Origin: the human T2T-CHM13v2.0 reference genome, Homo sapiens
DNA: 64,000 bases
Assembly: GCA_009914755.4 (NCBI GenBank)
Contig: CP068257.2
Span: 18,560,001 to 18,624,000, forward strand
Direction: 5' to 3'
Shown here: one piece after another, positions 14,814 through 27,483 of the stretch
Layout: each line of letters begins with the position of its first letter
How positions within the stretch are numbered: the stretch's first letter is position 1
The notes under the pieces: model-generated
Seen by the model: only the letters and a program-made list of their open reading frames with translations
Database searches by the model: none
What the model was told of the DNA's origin: nothing
Made by a program: the position numbers and the translations under genes

Positions 14814-14870
14814 CACCTACTGTATATATGTGTGATATATACCTACTGTATATATGTGTGAAATAGTAGC
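14755..14870. repeat. Complex (TA)n/(TG)n simple repeat with a 25-bp tandem duplication
   Basis: (at)12 at 14789-14812. 'cctactgtatatatgtgtga' occurs twice in tandem. Confidence 0.85.
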
Positions 14871-15124
14871 ATTTCATGGTTGATATGAAAGGGACTATGG
14901 GAGTGTCATTAGGTCCTAAGGTCCTAGCTACTGTTCTACCATCCTCAGCTCACTGTTTGCGTTGCAAGTCACCACATCATACAACAGGTCTGCTGGCCCT
15001 CTAACTTTATCTATGTACTCTAGGCTCAATGCATGAGAACTATAAGAAAGGCTGCCCCCTCATTTTAGGAAATGCTTCTTGGAATTGTAACACAATGTTT
15101 CACTTAAATTCTATGATTAAAACT

Positions 15125-15255
15125 TAATAATATAACCTAGAAGAATATAATATAGAATATAATATAATATAGAAGAATATAATATAACCCAGAAGAATAT
15201 AATATGACCTAGAAGAATATAATATAACCTAGAAGAATAATATAACCTAGAATAC
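15125..15255. repeat. Minisatellite with a ~22-bp unit (aatataacctagaagaatat) x ~6
   Basis: Contiguous degenerate units: …aatataatatagaagaatataatataacccagaagaatataatatgacctagaagaatataatataacctagaagaataatataacctagaatac. Confidence 0.85.
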
Positions 15256-15934
15256 AACTTCAATAGAAGTTGGGACATGTGGTGTTTTAGCTGTGCATAT
15301 TTGATAATATTTTATTAATAAATATAGAAGATTCTAATTTATTTGAACAGATAAACCCTGAATTAGCAAATATGGAACCATCACTCCCAGGGAAAATACA
15401 GGGTTATGTTCCTGTGAGCCTCTGGCCACATTTTCATCAACCTATTAATACATAACTTAGGTTTACGTGTGTTTCTGTTTTAAGACACCATATTTAATGT
15501 ACATAGTTAATTCATTAACATTGAACTCACAGAGAAGCTTGCTCTTTCTTCTGTTACAGGAATGCTTCTAATGGACTAGTGTAAAAGTATGAAGAAATGT
15601 CCTCTAGTTAACAGTTTCTGTTGACACAAACATAGCAACTTTTACAATGTTAACCTAATTATGTTGAGAAAATTAAACTCACCCTCCACAGTAATGACAA
15701 ATAAGAACCAAGATTGAAGAAGCAGATTATAGGAACCATCTTGGGCATTAAAAATAAATCTAGAAAACAGACAATAGACTGTGGATTTATGCCGTTTTTC
15801 TTTGGAAAGGACAGATGGGATTATGCAAGAAACCTAGATATACCAGAGGCGATTTTTCCACTGCAAGGAATGCCATATTCAGAGACTACATAACAAAATC
15901 AAAACGTTGAAATTTAGCGGCTGTCCTTGCTGAC

Positions 15935-15969
15935 ACAAACACACACACACGCACACACACACACACACA
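15935..15969. repeat. (CA)n microsatellite
   Basis: acacacacacgcacacacacacacacacacaa. Confidence 0.9.
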
Positions 15970-17780
15970 ATGCTTCATTCAGTGGGTTTATACAAATCAA
16001 TTTTCTGCACAAGAGGGGAAAATTAATTAATATAAAATTCCTCAACACATTATTAAAGTATATAAATCCCTTTAAGGTGACAAAGTCAATTACTGTATGT
16101 ATATTTGTTCATTTTTATTTTCTGTTTTAAGAACCTTAGTTCACTAAGAGAAACCAAAAGTAAGCAAAGAATACTAGCACAAATTAAACCCCATCGGTTT
16201 TTCAGGAGAAGATACTGTGATCCAGAGGTGTAAGACTTTTCTATTCAGATTCCAGATAAAGGCATAGAAAATCTAGAAGTTAGGTGCAAGCCCACTGCTA
16301 TTATTTTTAAGACTTGACAAAGTATGAGGGAAGGTTCCCAGTTGTGAAGCAAATTCAGTGTACACTGGTTACCACTTCAGCCCACTGCATCTTAGACTGC
16401 AATTTCTACTGCTTGCACAAGTCCTACGAGACAGAAGAGTCACACAAGTTACATGAAGCATACTTGTTACTTACAAATAGGGAGCAAGGGACAACAGAAA
16501 ACAAGAATTCATGACAAGCTAATCTGCAAAGTTCAGGACAGCCACGCAGGGTAGATAGTTTTGTCTGCATGTGTCGTAATTGTATCGCAGCTGAGGGGCC
16601 CCAGAAAGCAGGCTGTCGTGGGTTTTTATCCCAGGGGCAAACTTGAATAACTGAGTAAAATATTGTAGGACACCTTCTTCTAGGCTGGGCAGGAACAAGG
16701 CCCAGGCTTTTCTGGCTAGTTTCACTCTATCTCAGAATGTTACATTCCCAGCACATTCTGAAGACTACAAGCAAGAAAAGAGTGACAATTGAATTTGTTC
16801 AAGTCCACCCAGAAAATGGCTTGCACCAGTTCACAATCTGCCCATTCCATGCTTCTTACACTTGATTCCTTTTGATCTTTGACTGGTGTCTGGACCATGA
16901 GTTTAGATAATAAAATCCACATAGCCAGACTTTATCTACAACCTTTAAAAGGCCTACACCCTCCATCGTCATCCTCTTTCATAATTTCTTTGCTTGAGGG
17001 TGTGCACAAATGAGGCTCTCAGGAAAAGAAGACAGAGGGCCAAGGAGAAGGTCTGGCCCGTTGGATGGGGAATTCCAAGGTCCAAGATCATATTTTGGAA
17101 GAGGATGCAGGCTGCGTGCGGGCATATCCCCTCAGTGCGAATGGCTGCTTGGCAGATGGGTCAAGGCTGGAATCTCTAAAGCCCTAATTCAAGAATGAGG
17201 TCCCTTTGCTTGGGTCACAAGATGGGGCTGTCTAACTATTTTACTTCATATTCAGTGTACATCCGGATTCCTTATAACCCCATTACCCAAAATTGTTCAC
17301 TTGTTTTAAATTTGCATTCTTTCTTCATTTGGAACAAAGAGATCAAAATCCTAATTTATTATGTGGACTCACTGCTGCCTACATTTTTCTAAGTAGGTAT
17401 TTTATCTTTTATTAAATATTTATCTCATCTTAATTTTTTTAGTTATGATAAGATACTACATTGCTCAATAGGTATGTAATATGTCCAACATTAAAATGGA
17501 AAATCTATATTTTTAACTCTATGAAAATTTTAAACTTTGCAAAATCATACATAAAAGGGTTAAAAGACAAGATGAACTGTAAAAGTAAGTGTAATAAATA
17601 CATCATAAACTCACGTATCTTAGATATAGAGGAATCATAAATAATAATAAAACAATAAAAATTAAAATAAATGCATACAAACTATATAGAGCACAGAAAC
17701 AATGAGTAGTAAACACACAGAATAATGTAAATAAATGTCTGAAAATGTTGTGATGATCCACTCAACTTTACTAATCATAA

Positions 17781-17875
17781 AAAAAAGAAAGATAAATAGA
17801 AGGAAGAAAGAGGAGAGAGAAAAAGAAGAGAGAAGAAAGAGGAGAGAGAAAAAGAAGAGGGGAGAAAGGAAGAAA
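17781..17875. repeat. Purine-rich (GA/GAAA-like) low-complexity tract with an internal ~26-bp duplication
   Basis: gaaagaggagagagaaaaagaagag is repeated twice. Confidence 0.85.
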
Positions 17876-18241
17876 ATATTTTCATACCTTTCAAACTGGT
17901 AAATTTCTTAAATATAATAATGCACAAGGATAGCTGAAATTGGCATTGATAGATTGAGAGAAATGTTAATTAATATAATATTTCTGGAAAACAAATCACA
18001 ATTAGAAATTAGTTAAGACATTCCACTCATTACATGTCTAGAAATCTAACCTAAGTAATTAAATGTAACAAAAATTATAATATATGGTCACAGAAACCCG
18101 AAAACACCCTAAAGATTCCACATTAGAAGAATGATGCATCAAATGTGACATGTATGTAAAACCAGGGAATCTCTGAAACAGTGCAAATTTTGAGCAACAT
18201 CATTTGTTTAAAAAATCCTCCAATTAAAAAAATATTTATGC

Positions 18242-18315
18242 ACGGGGTACATGTTCAGGTTTGTTACATAAGTAAACTGCATGTAACAGGGATTTGGTGT
18301 AGATATTATTTCATC
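18242..18315 (-). mobile_element. Old L1 extreme 3'-end fragment (antisense)
   Basis: ggggtacatgttcaggtttgttacataagtaaactgcatgtaacagggatttggtgtagatattatttcatc is the reverse complement of the L1PB/L1MA 3' terminus (…gatgaaataatctgtacaacaaaccc…acctatgtaacaaacctgcacatgtacccc). Confidence 0.7.
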
Positions 18316-18585
18316 AAAAATTGACAAATGGGATCTAATTAAACTACAGAGCTTCTGCCCAGCAAAAGAAACTATCAACAGAGTTAACAGACAACCTATA
18401 GAATGGGAGAAAATATTCGCAAACTATGCATCCAAAAAAGGTCTAATAGCCAGAATCTATAAAGAACTTAAACAAATTAACAAGCTAAAAACAAACAACC
18501 CCATTAAAAAGTGGGCAAAGGACATGAAAAAAACATTTTCAAAAGAAAACATACATAAAGTCAACAAGAATTCTCCAGATTTATC
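18316..18585 (+). mobile_element. Old L1 ORF2 fragment (sense), abutting the antisense 3'-end piece
   Basis: The translation [77 protein letters not shown] matches the L1 ORF2 C-terminal region. Confidence 0.75.
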
Positions 18586-18589
18586 CAAT

Positions 18590-20169
18590 CTTGGAAGGAG
18601 GTTGATCTTGTATCAGACATTTTGGGGGAACATTAAACATCTAAATTTTAACTTAAATTTTCATAATATTTAGAAAAGAGGAGGCAAGTTCAATGCTTCC
18701 TGTACTCCCCTTGCCCAGCTTAAAACTGGAGCCCAGTGCAGGCACCCAGAACCCCCAAACCAAGGTACAGGCATAAACTAAATGACTGTTTTTCAAAAAT
18801 GTGATGCATGTGTGAGTTCATGGTTGTTCTCCTGCTGAGATCATTGCTGTCAGCGCCTCTGAAGCTTGCCTTGTCTGGGACCTGCCAGGCTCCTTATGAA
18901 TTTCCTTACACCCCTGGTGTTGGGTCTATCCACTCACAGCTATTCTCTTTGCTGATACCATTTTATTCCTGTTGTCAATTCACCTGAAAAGAATTGTTTT
19001 AAAATACAACCCCTGGCAGGCTCTCTTGAGTAGGTATTTCTGGCATCTTTGCCCTTGCCTAGGAATGATAGAAACTAGCTTCATGATAGCTCTTCTTATA
19101 AACATGCAGAAGACAAATGCTATTCATCAAGGCCATGAGAGAATGGCTGAAAAACATTTCAGAGATGTTCAAGGCTGTCATGCCCAACAAAGATGCAGAG
19201 TGTTAAGGCCTTGAGGTCAGAAGGGTTTCAATGGAGAGGTCCAGGTTATCAGTGGGTTGCAAGTCACCCATGGGTCCTGGAGGCTTGCTGCCCAGTGCCA
19301 CCTCAAGACTCTGCTCCCCACATTCTAGTGTAGCATTCTTGGTCACTTCACCTGAGGCTCAAAGGGACCTAGGTGAAGTCTAATGGGCACTTTCCTGTGG
19401 GCACAAGTGGTAAGCATTGGTGACATCTACATGGTGCTAACTCTGCAGGTATGCTGAGTACAAGAGCTGTGGGAACAAGCTTCCTCCACCTAAACTTCAA
19501 AGGAGGCCAAGGGGACCCTTGGGGTCCAGGCAGGGATCCGCTGTAGAAGCAGGGTCACCACCAAGTCCCCATGGGATAATGCCTAGTAGAGCCATGGAGG
19601 CAGGACCACTACCGTGAGCCATAACTGTAGATCCATCAATATGCAATGGCATCCTGGAAGAGCTACAGGCACCTGACTCCAACCTGTGAGAGCTGCAGCA
19701 TGGGCTGTGCCCAGCAAAGCCAGGGGAGTAGGGTCCCTTGGAACCTTGGGGATTCAACACCCATCCCAGTGTGTCTAGAAGGTGGGGCATGTAACTAAAG
19801 ATTGTTCTCAAGCCTTAAAATTTAATGTTTGCCCTAATCCATTTTGGACACAGTTGGATCTGTTATCGCTTTCTTCTTGCCTGTTCTCATTTGGAATGGA
19901 AATGTTTATCTTATGCCTCTTCTAATATTACATGTTAGGAGCACATAATTGGTTTGCTTTCTCAAGCTCATGGCTAGAGAGAAATTTTTTTTCCAGATGA
20001 ATCATACCTTGAGTTTCACTCATATCTAATATGTATGAGACTTTAGACTTTAGACTTTAGACTTTTGAGTTGTGGCTGGAATGAGTTAAGACTTCTGGGG
20101 GCTATTGAGATGGGATGAATATATTTTGCATGTGAGAATGACATAAATTTAGGAGGACCAGTGGCAGAA
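18590..20169 (+). mobile_element. Possible MaLR (ERVL-MaLR) internal region upstream of the MLT1 LTR
   Basis: This non-coding block lies between an L1 fragment and an MLT1-type LTR in the same orientation. I cannot match a consensus from memory, so the call is speculative. Confidence 0.3.
20029..20066. repeat. (AGACTTT)n short tandem repeat
   Basis: gagactttagactttagactttagacttttgag. Confidence 0.85.
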
Positions 20170-20512
20170 TGTTGTGGCTTGAATGCGTCCCTTCCTAAAT
20201 GTATATGCTGAAACTTAATGGCTGATGAAATAGTATTAAGAAGTGGAATTTTTAAACAATTTTAGGTCATAAGGGCTCCTCCCTTGAGAGTGGGATTAAG
20301 GCACTTAGAAAAGAGGCTTCACATAGCATTTTGTCCTCTTTTGCGCTTCTGCTTTCTGCCTTGAGAGACTGTATTAAGAAAGCCCTCACAAGATACTGCT
20401 GCCTCCATTTGGGACTTACCAACCTCCAGAACTGTGAGAAATAAATTTCTGGGTTTTATACCCTACCTAATCTGTGGTATTTTGTTACAGCAGCACAAAT
20501 GAACTAAGACAC
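20170..20512 (+). mobile_element. MLT1-type MaLR LTR
   Basis: It starts tgttgtggcttgaatgcgtccc (consensus TGTGGTTTGAATGTGTCCCC…). It ends …ccaacctccagaactgtgagaaataaatttctgggttttataccctacctaatctgtggtattttgttacagcagcacaaatgaactaagacac, matching the MLT1 3' end …CCAGCCTCCAGAACTGTGAGAAATAAATTTCTGTTGTTTATAAGCCACCCAGTCTATGGTATTTTGTTATAGCAGCCCGAACGGACTAAGACA. Confidence 0.75.
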
Positions 20513-22822
20513 ACCTCTTTAAGATTTTGGGTTCTTTATCACAATATTTTATTTTTCTTGGCCTCCAGAGCCTCAACTGAAAACAAAACAAAAATTATTC
20601 TCATTTTGTCATCATTTTATATACTATATGTTTGTAATTATAGAACATCAATATAAAATTAGGCATATAGAGAGTTGTATATGTAAACATAATTATGTAG
20701 AAACTGAATAGCACAGGAGAGTGTATTTTCTGGAACTACTATTATCCAAACCAAGCAGACTGCAGACCTTCATCTTCTTTCTGGACCAGCTGTCACCCAG
20801 TAGACTCAGCCACATATTGTATCCAGAGTTGCAATATCCATTCAAATTAGTGATATTTTTAAGACAAAAATCCACTAATTCTATGTTTGTCAACTTTTAT
20901 CTATCAACATACAAAATACAACTATATTACCCCAAGAACTTTCTAACACATTATTTTCCTCACCATGAGTTTTACTTTACTGTCCCTGTCTCAGCCTGTA
21001 GCCCTTTCCCTGCTCTACATCCTCTAATACAGAGCTCCACTACTGCAGAATTCTCTGCATTCACAACTTTTCTCATCTTCACTAGTAACTGCACTAATTG
21101 AACTCTGGTTCTCTCTCTGGGAAACATATATTACTGCTTATTCCCCAACTCCTTTTCCTTAAACACTTTGATACCTTGTTTGCATAATTTTCTTCATACC
21201 TAGATGTCATTGTCATCATCCTTAGTGAATATAAATGTCCACATAGACACAGTAAACAACTAAATTATCAGTTTCATAATTGAAAATGTCTGGTGAGCTT
21301 TTAGCCCCTCACTTGGCAATTCATTTTCCTAATTCCAAATTTGACCTTTTGATTATCTATAATAAAATCTCTTTAATATGTTTCTAAATATCACCAATTC
21401 AGTGATTCTACAATCTAATTTATTGCCCAGATACTTGGTCAAAAACTCTTGCTCAGAAATTGAAGCCTCTATAAATTTCTCCCTATCTACCTCTTTTTTT
21501 CACTTTTTCATTATCCAGTTTGCTCCATCATCCATGATTTCAAGGACATTCCTGCAAATATTCTAACTCTCTTGTTCTTCTGTTATTCCTATTTATCCTA
21601 CCAAGCAAAACAGCAACCTTGGATGACCTGAACTATAATAACACAGCATGCCCTTACCCCAGCAGCTCACCAATACAAGATAATTTCACACATGAGGTCA
21701 TATCAGCCTCCTAAAAATGCATTATCATCACTCACAAGCCTTTGCTACTGCCCATCTACCTCACTCTTCAAAAAAATATTTGATCCTCTCTCCTCTCCTC
21801 AGATTTTGATTACTACACCTTTCTCTCACTCCAACAGATGTCTTTGCCATCTACCTTTCAAAGAAAATAAAAGTCATAAGATTAGATCACAAATACGTTT
21901 TAGTACTAAAATATATAGACACGCATTTGCACGCTCATCTCTTCTAAGGTTAATTCCCCCTTACCTGTACTTTGAAAATCACATATTTTTGCTAAAGCAA
22001 AACTATGTTATTGATTTTCCCTTATTTATCTTGCATATTCAATCTTTAATTCTCAACTAAAAACCCTCCACTATTTTCTATTCTTACATTTTAATCAAAA
22101 TGATAAAAGTATTGGACTGTAATTTAACTTTCCCTATCTATCTATAGCAAAGAGAAGACTCAGAGATGCAAATTTGTATGATGAAAAGTGCCTAAGTCTT
22201 TGAAACAACCAGTTAATCATAGTCTCTTCCTTGCCACCAATGAGATGGTGATGTGAACAAGAAATACAGTATTTTTTGTCATTTTTAAGCACTGATACTC
22301 TAATTGATCTCTTATAGTGTTATAACAACTAGCATTAGTTTCACTGATACCAAAACTGTTCCCTTGAAGTGATATTATGCTGTAAGAAAAAGTAAAATAT
22401 ATGGAATTGGTTAAGTAGTCAGGTGGCAGGTCAAATGATCTGATATTTATATTTGTAACCTGAAAATCTATGCCATAAAACGACAAGATACATACACTAT
22501 TTTCTGCAAGAATTGGGAATTCAGGCCTCATGAAAATTGTGCCCTTAACTCTAAAAGAGAAGGATAGAAAATACATTGATATTAGTAATTTGGGGTGTTA
22601 CTACTTACATACAGTGAGGCATTAGAAGAAAGAAATAGACTTAGAAAAAAATGTCTGAATATGCGACAAAAATTACAAGGAAGAAAGTTCAAACATATGG
22701 AGGCTCAAAGGTGGAAAAGTGAACGGCTTCTAGACTCCAAAGAGTAACAGATAAAATAGAGAAAAAGTTGGGGCAGCAAATGACATAAGGCTCAGCACTT
22801 AGATACTTCAGAAGTGGCCTAG

Positions 22823-23136
<314 letters not shown>

Positions 23137-23804
23137 TAAATATTCTATCTGAGGAAAAAGTATGAGTCACAGAAAACCTGGGTAAGGAATATCCTGTAAT
23201 TTGATCTAGGTTTACTTAAAGAAAGAAATTTTCCTGAGAGGGAAAGGGCCCCAACAAAACTGCCCGTTAGAAACAACAACCACACCCTCACACACAAAAA
23301 ACTGTTAAGTCCTATCAAAATTTGATTTTAAATGGGAGTTTATGTGTAGTTGTCTTGTTTCTATTCCAAAACTGTGCGCTGGGTGTATCATTACGTGGAG
23401 TGAAGATAATTTGTATCCTTTTAGAGAACAGTTTGCTAAACCACAGCTAGTCACATGTGGACCTGAAGGAGAAGGTAGAGGATCACCAGGACCTTCAGCT
23501 GTCTTAAGTAACTGAATGGGTATTGGATTTGTCGCCCTTGGAGAATGTGTGAATATGCCCAGTGTCTGAAAGAAGGTGCAGGATGAGGTATTCAATGGTC
23601 AATGGAGTAGCAAAGAAAGACAACCAACCACCATAACTGTTTGCTCTCTTTCTCTAATGTATACTAGTTGAAGTGATAGGACTAATTTTCCAGTAACTTC
23701 ATTTTTCAGTTTTCAGTCTGTTTGCAGCTAAGCGGGGCTGTGTGATTTGTACTTAACAATGGAGAGTGAGTATAAATGAGGCTTAGGGAAAAAAAGGTGT
23801 GTCT

Positions 23805-24152
<348 letters not shown>

Positions 24153-24530
24153 TAAGTTATAAATAGACATCTGAAATGGAAGAAACTAAGTGCTTTCTTC
24201 ACTCTTTCATAGAAGTGCTTCCTTTTGTATCCACTAGACATCACACCCTGTCATCACTGGACAGTAACATGAGCTACTGAAATTTTGGGATTTATCTCTT
24301 ACAGCAACTGTTACCTTAAAAAATAATTCAGCTTGTATATTTTTCTATATTTGAAAGGATAAAATGGTACTATGGCAGTGGCCAATTCTTGCCTCTCCAC
24401 CCCATAGCTATCTTGCCAGATGCCATCACTGAATGTTCTTTTTTATTTTATCCTAGAATTTATATGCATATTATAAAGCTGCATGCTTGCACTACCACTT
24501 AAAAATAATTTGTTAGCTTTCTACTATTGT

Positions 24531-24667
24531 TGTATGTTTTTTGGGTATGTCATTATGGATCTGTGTACCAAACACTTCATAGAAAGTCAATAAATAATAA
24601 ATACATATACTTACGTATAATATATTTGGTGTAATCATTATATGTCATATATTAATATTATATGTAA
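24531..24667 (+). repeat. Copy A of a ~140-160 bp low-copy direct duplicate (partner at 25977-26133)
   Basis: tgtatgttttttgggtatgtcattatggatctgtgtaccaaacacttcatagaaagtcaataaataa…attaatattatatgtaatatattta is compared with the partner copy. A 52-bp core is near-identical, and the distal part matches with indels. Confidence 0.75.
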
Positions 24668-25976
24668 TATATTTAGTACATACATTTTAAATACAAAATT
24701 ATAGATAAATAACCCTCTTATACTTCTCAGCCAAAAGTATACATTTGTTCACACACACACAATTAGTTTTTCTATGTTCTAATAGAATTACACTGGATGA
24801 ATAAATAAATGTTTGATATTTGCATTCTTAAGATTATACAAACATGGTTCACAGGACCTCAAAGTGTTTCAATAATGCTTTAATGTCTCACTTACAACTA
24901 AAGAAAAAGTACACCTTTCAGAAATTAAGGTTTCCTATAAATCTGCGGTAATTTCATTGTGGACTCCTTTGAAATGACTTCTCCATTCTGTGGGTAAAAT
25001 TATAATCCTTGTCTCCCTCTATAATTTCCCTGGAAATAAAAGGTTAATAGTTCTTTAAGCTTTCCTCTAACCTCAGGGACACCCGATAATTTTTTGACTT
25101 GCTTAAGCCCTCCTTGTATTACCAACTCAAGAAATTTTTAGGAGCATAACCGTACACAGGAAAGATGAAAAGTATCCAGCTAAAGGCTGCTTTTCAGACC
25201 AACCACTGTGTAAGTCGATGTCTATAACAAAGAGTCAAGAGTCAAGAAAAAATATAAGCAGACATGAAAAGAGTGGCTGCCATCTTCTGCTATCAAGTTA
25301 ATCTGTTAGATGCTTTCTTACTTTTATTACTTTGTTAATCTTTGTGTTCTTTGTAAAAGCCTTTAAAAGCTAAAAATGTTGTGGCATCATCTATAGCACC
25401 AAACACTTGCATCCATGTGGTACAGAAATTGACCAATACATCTTCACAAAAGCAGAGACATTTGTGAAAACGCAGTATTATAGGACTGACAAGATATAAC
25501 CAGTGAAGAGTAATCAAGTCAGAACTAATTAAATAGTTAAAATATATTATACATAGACCAATTCAAATTTGATTAGTTTCTTTTTTATGGAATTGTACAT
25601 AATGACTACACAAGCAAAATGTAAATAAAATATATCATGACTATATTTCCTTCATTCACATTTTATCCCTCTAGACTCATGATAAAGCTATCTATGAACA
25701 CAGCTTGTACATGTCATGCAAAATAGAACAATAACAAGAAAGTATTGCCAGTTGTGAAAATTTTAGCATTATAATATTTTGAATGTCCTTAATGTCTTAT
25801 TGCATGCATGACTTCTAAATCAGCATGTTAAAGTATTTGAAGTAAGGATAGTATATATGTGTATATGTATGTATACATGTATATTTTTTCTACTGATATG
25901 GCACTGAAATAATTTACTATATTCTCTCTTGATATTCAATCCAACTTATAAGCAGCACAAAATGTTATATTGTAAA

Positions 25977-26133
25977 TGCATGTTTATTGAGTATTTCATT
26001 ATGGATCTGTGTACCAAACACTTCATAGAAAGTCGATAAATAAAAAGTACAAGTATATTTAACATATATTTACATATGTTTGATATAATCATTAGGTTAT
26101 CTTAATATATTAATATTATATGTAATATATTTA
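25977..26133 (+). repeat. Copy B of the direct duplicate
   Basis: tgcatgtttattgagtatttcattatggatctgtgtaccaaacacttcatagaaagtcgataaataa…ttaatattatatgtaatatattta. Confidence 0.75.
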
Positions 26134-26340
26134 AGATTATTATAAAAACATGTTTGAGTCATTCAAGTATGCATTTTGATTATTTACAACAGTAATAAAA
26201 ATTTAAATCACTTCAATGATATTAAGAATATTCACATAAAAATATGAAATGAAAACCAATTATAATAAAACAGAAAATAATAACTCTTTAACAAATACCT
26301 TATAATTTAGAGCAAATGACAAACCAAAATATTTCTCAAA

Positions 26341-26742
26341 CATTTTGATAAAGAGATCATGAGTCTGATTGAAAAGATTTTTATGAGACCTTAATAATTA
26401 CAATAATTTAGAAAAAGTAATCATGTATTAATTATTACAATAAACTTCCTTTTTTAAAGAGCTCTAACTGTGGAATATAAAAGCTTCCAAATGTGGAAAA
26501 ATAAAAGTGTTTCATTGATAACTTATTATTCAAGTTTTGCAGAATGTGATATTCTTATATTAACTTTGACTTCTTCAATATAGTCCCCATCCAAATTTCC
26601 CATTCATATCTATTAACACCTTTACTGTGTGAGGTATGAGGTGAAAAAAAAATTTATTAAAGCAATAATAGAAAATTCTTGTTCAATGTAATATAGTCTG
26701 GTTTAGAAATATTTTAATTATTACAGTAAAAAATTTCTAATA
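26341..26742 (+). repeat. Arm A of a ~400-bp inverted repeat (partner 29397-29787)
   Basis: The reverse complement of 29397-29787 aligns contiguously with 26341-26742 at roughly 85% identity. Checked blocks are …ggtctcataaaaatct…ttattgtaataattaa…ccacagttaga…tttatattcc…, tagtcccatccaaatttccc…tattaacac… and aataatagaaaatt…ttcaat…atatagtctggtttagaaatattt…tattacagtaa…aatttctaat. Confidence 0.8.
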
Positions 26743-27061
26743 GTGCAGAAAACAAGACTTAGCCTTTATAATTTAGTTTTCACATGACTTACATTGTATT
26801 ATAAATTTTATGGCTACATAATGTTATATAAATGCCTTTATTATAAAGAAGACCCAAAATATATATGGTAAAAATTTTAATAGGCCAATTATAAATCAAT
26901 AGATAAATTGGTATTTCTAAGCAATCTTTTGCGTACAGAGAATATTAACGAAATTTTCACTAAATCATCTAACCTAGTCTAAATTGTGATGCTCTTGAGT
27001 TCATAAATATAGTATAATCAAAGGATATTCATTAATAGCTTTTTTAAAACCCTATATCCTG

Positions 27062-27341
27062 TCGGGCGCGGTGGTTCACGCCTGTAATCCCAGCATTTTG
27101 GGAGGCCGAGGCAGGCGGATCACATGAGGCCAGGAGTTCGAGACCAGCCTGGCCAAAATGGCAAAACCCTGTCTCTACTAAAAGTACAAAAATTAGCCGG
27201 GTGTGGTGGTGGGCACCTGTAATCCCAGCTACTCAGAAGGCTGAGTCAGAAGAATCGCTTGAACCCGGGAGGCGGAGGTTGCAGTGAGCCAAGTTCGAGC
27301 CACTGCACTCCAGCCTGAGACACAAGAGCGAGACTCTGTCT
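27062..27341 (+). mobile_element. Alu (AluS-like), full length with a ~14-bp TSD (aaaccctaYatcct)
   Basis: gggcgcggtggttcacgcctgtaatcccagcattttgggaggccgaggcaggcggatcacatgaggccaggagttcgagaccagcctggccaaaatggcaaaaccctgtctctactaaaa… The TSD copies lie at 27046-27059 and 27482-27495. Confidence 0.92.
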
Positions 27342-27364
27342 AAAAAAGAAAGAAAGAAAGAAAG

Positions 27365-27419
<55 letters not shown>

Positions 27420-27430
27420 ACGAAAGAAAG

Positions 27431-27481
<51 letters not shown>

Positions 27482-27483
27482 AA
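27342..27483. repeat. (GAAA)n tetranucleotide microsatellite grown from the Alu tail, ~140 bp, ~33 units with a few interruptions
   Basis: aaagaaagaaagaaagaaagagaaagaaagaaagaaag…aacgaaagaaagagaaagaaag…. Confidence 0.95.

Noticed and set aside
15125-15255. Tandem repeat arrays at 15125-15255 and 53712-53825 that might be mistaken for CRISPR arrays.
   Set aside because: The units are contiguous with no unique spacers. The host is a primate genome, and there are no cas-like ORFs. These are minisatellites.
16314-17392. A cluster of short ORFs on both strands in a somewhat GC-richer patch (16314-17392).
   Set aside because: The ORFs are all under 70 aa, overlap one another in different frames, and show no recognisable protein similarity or splice-site-flanked structure. 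They fit random ORFs.
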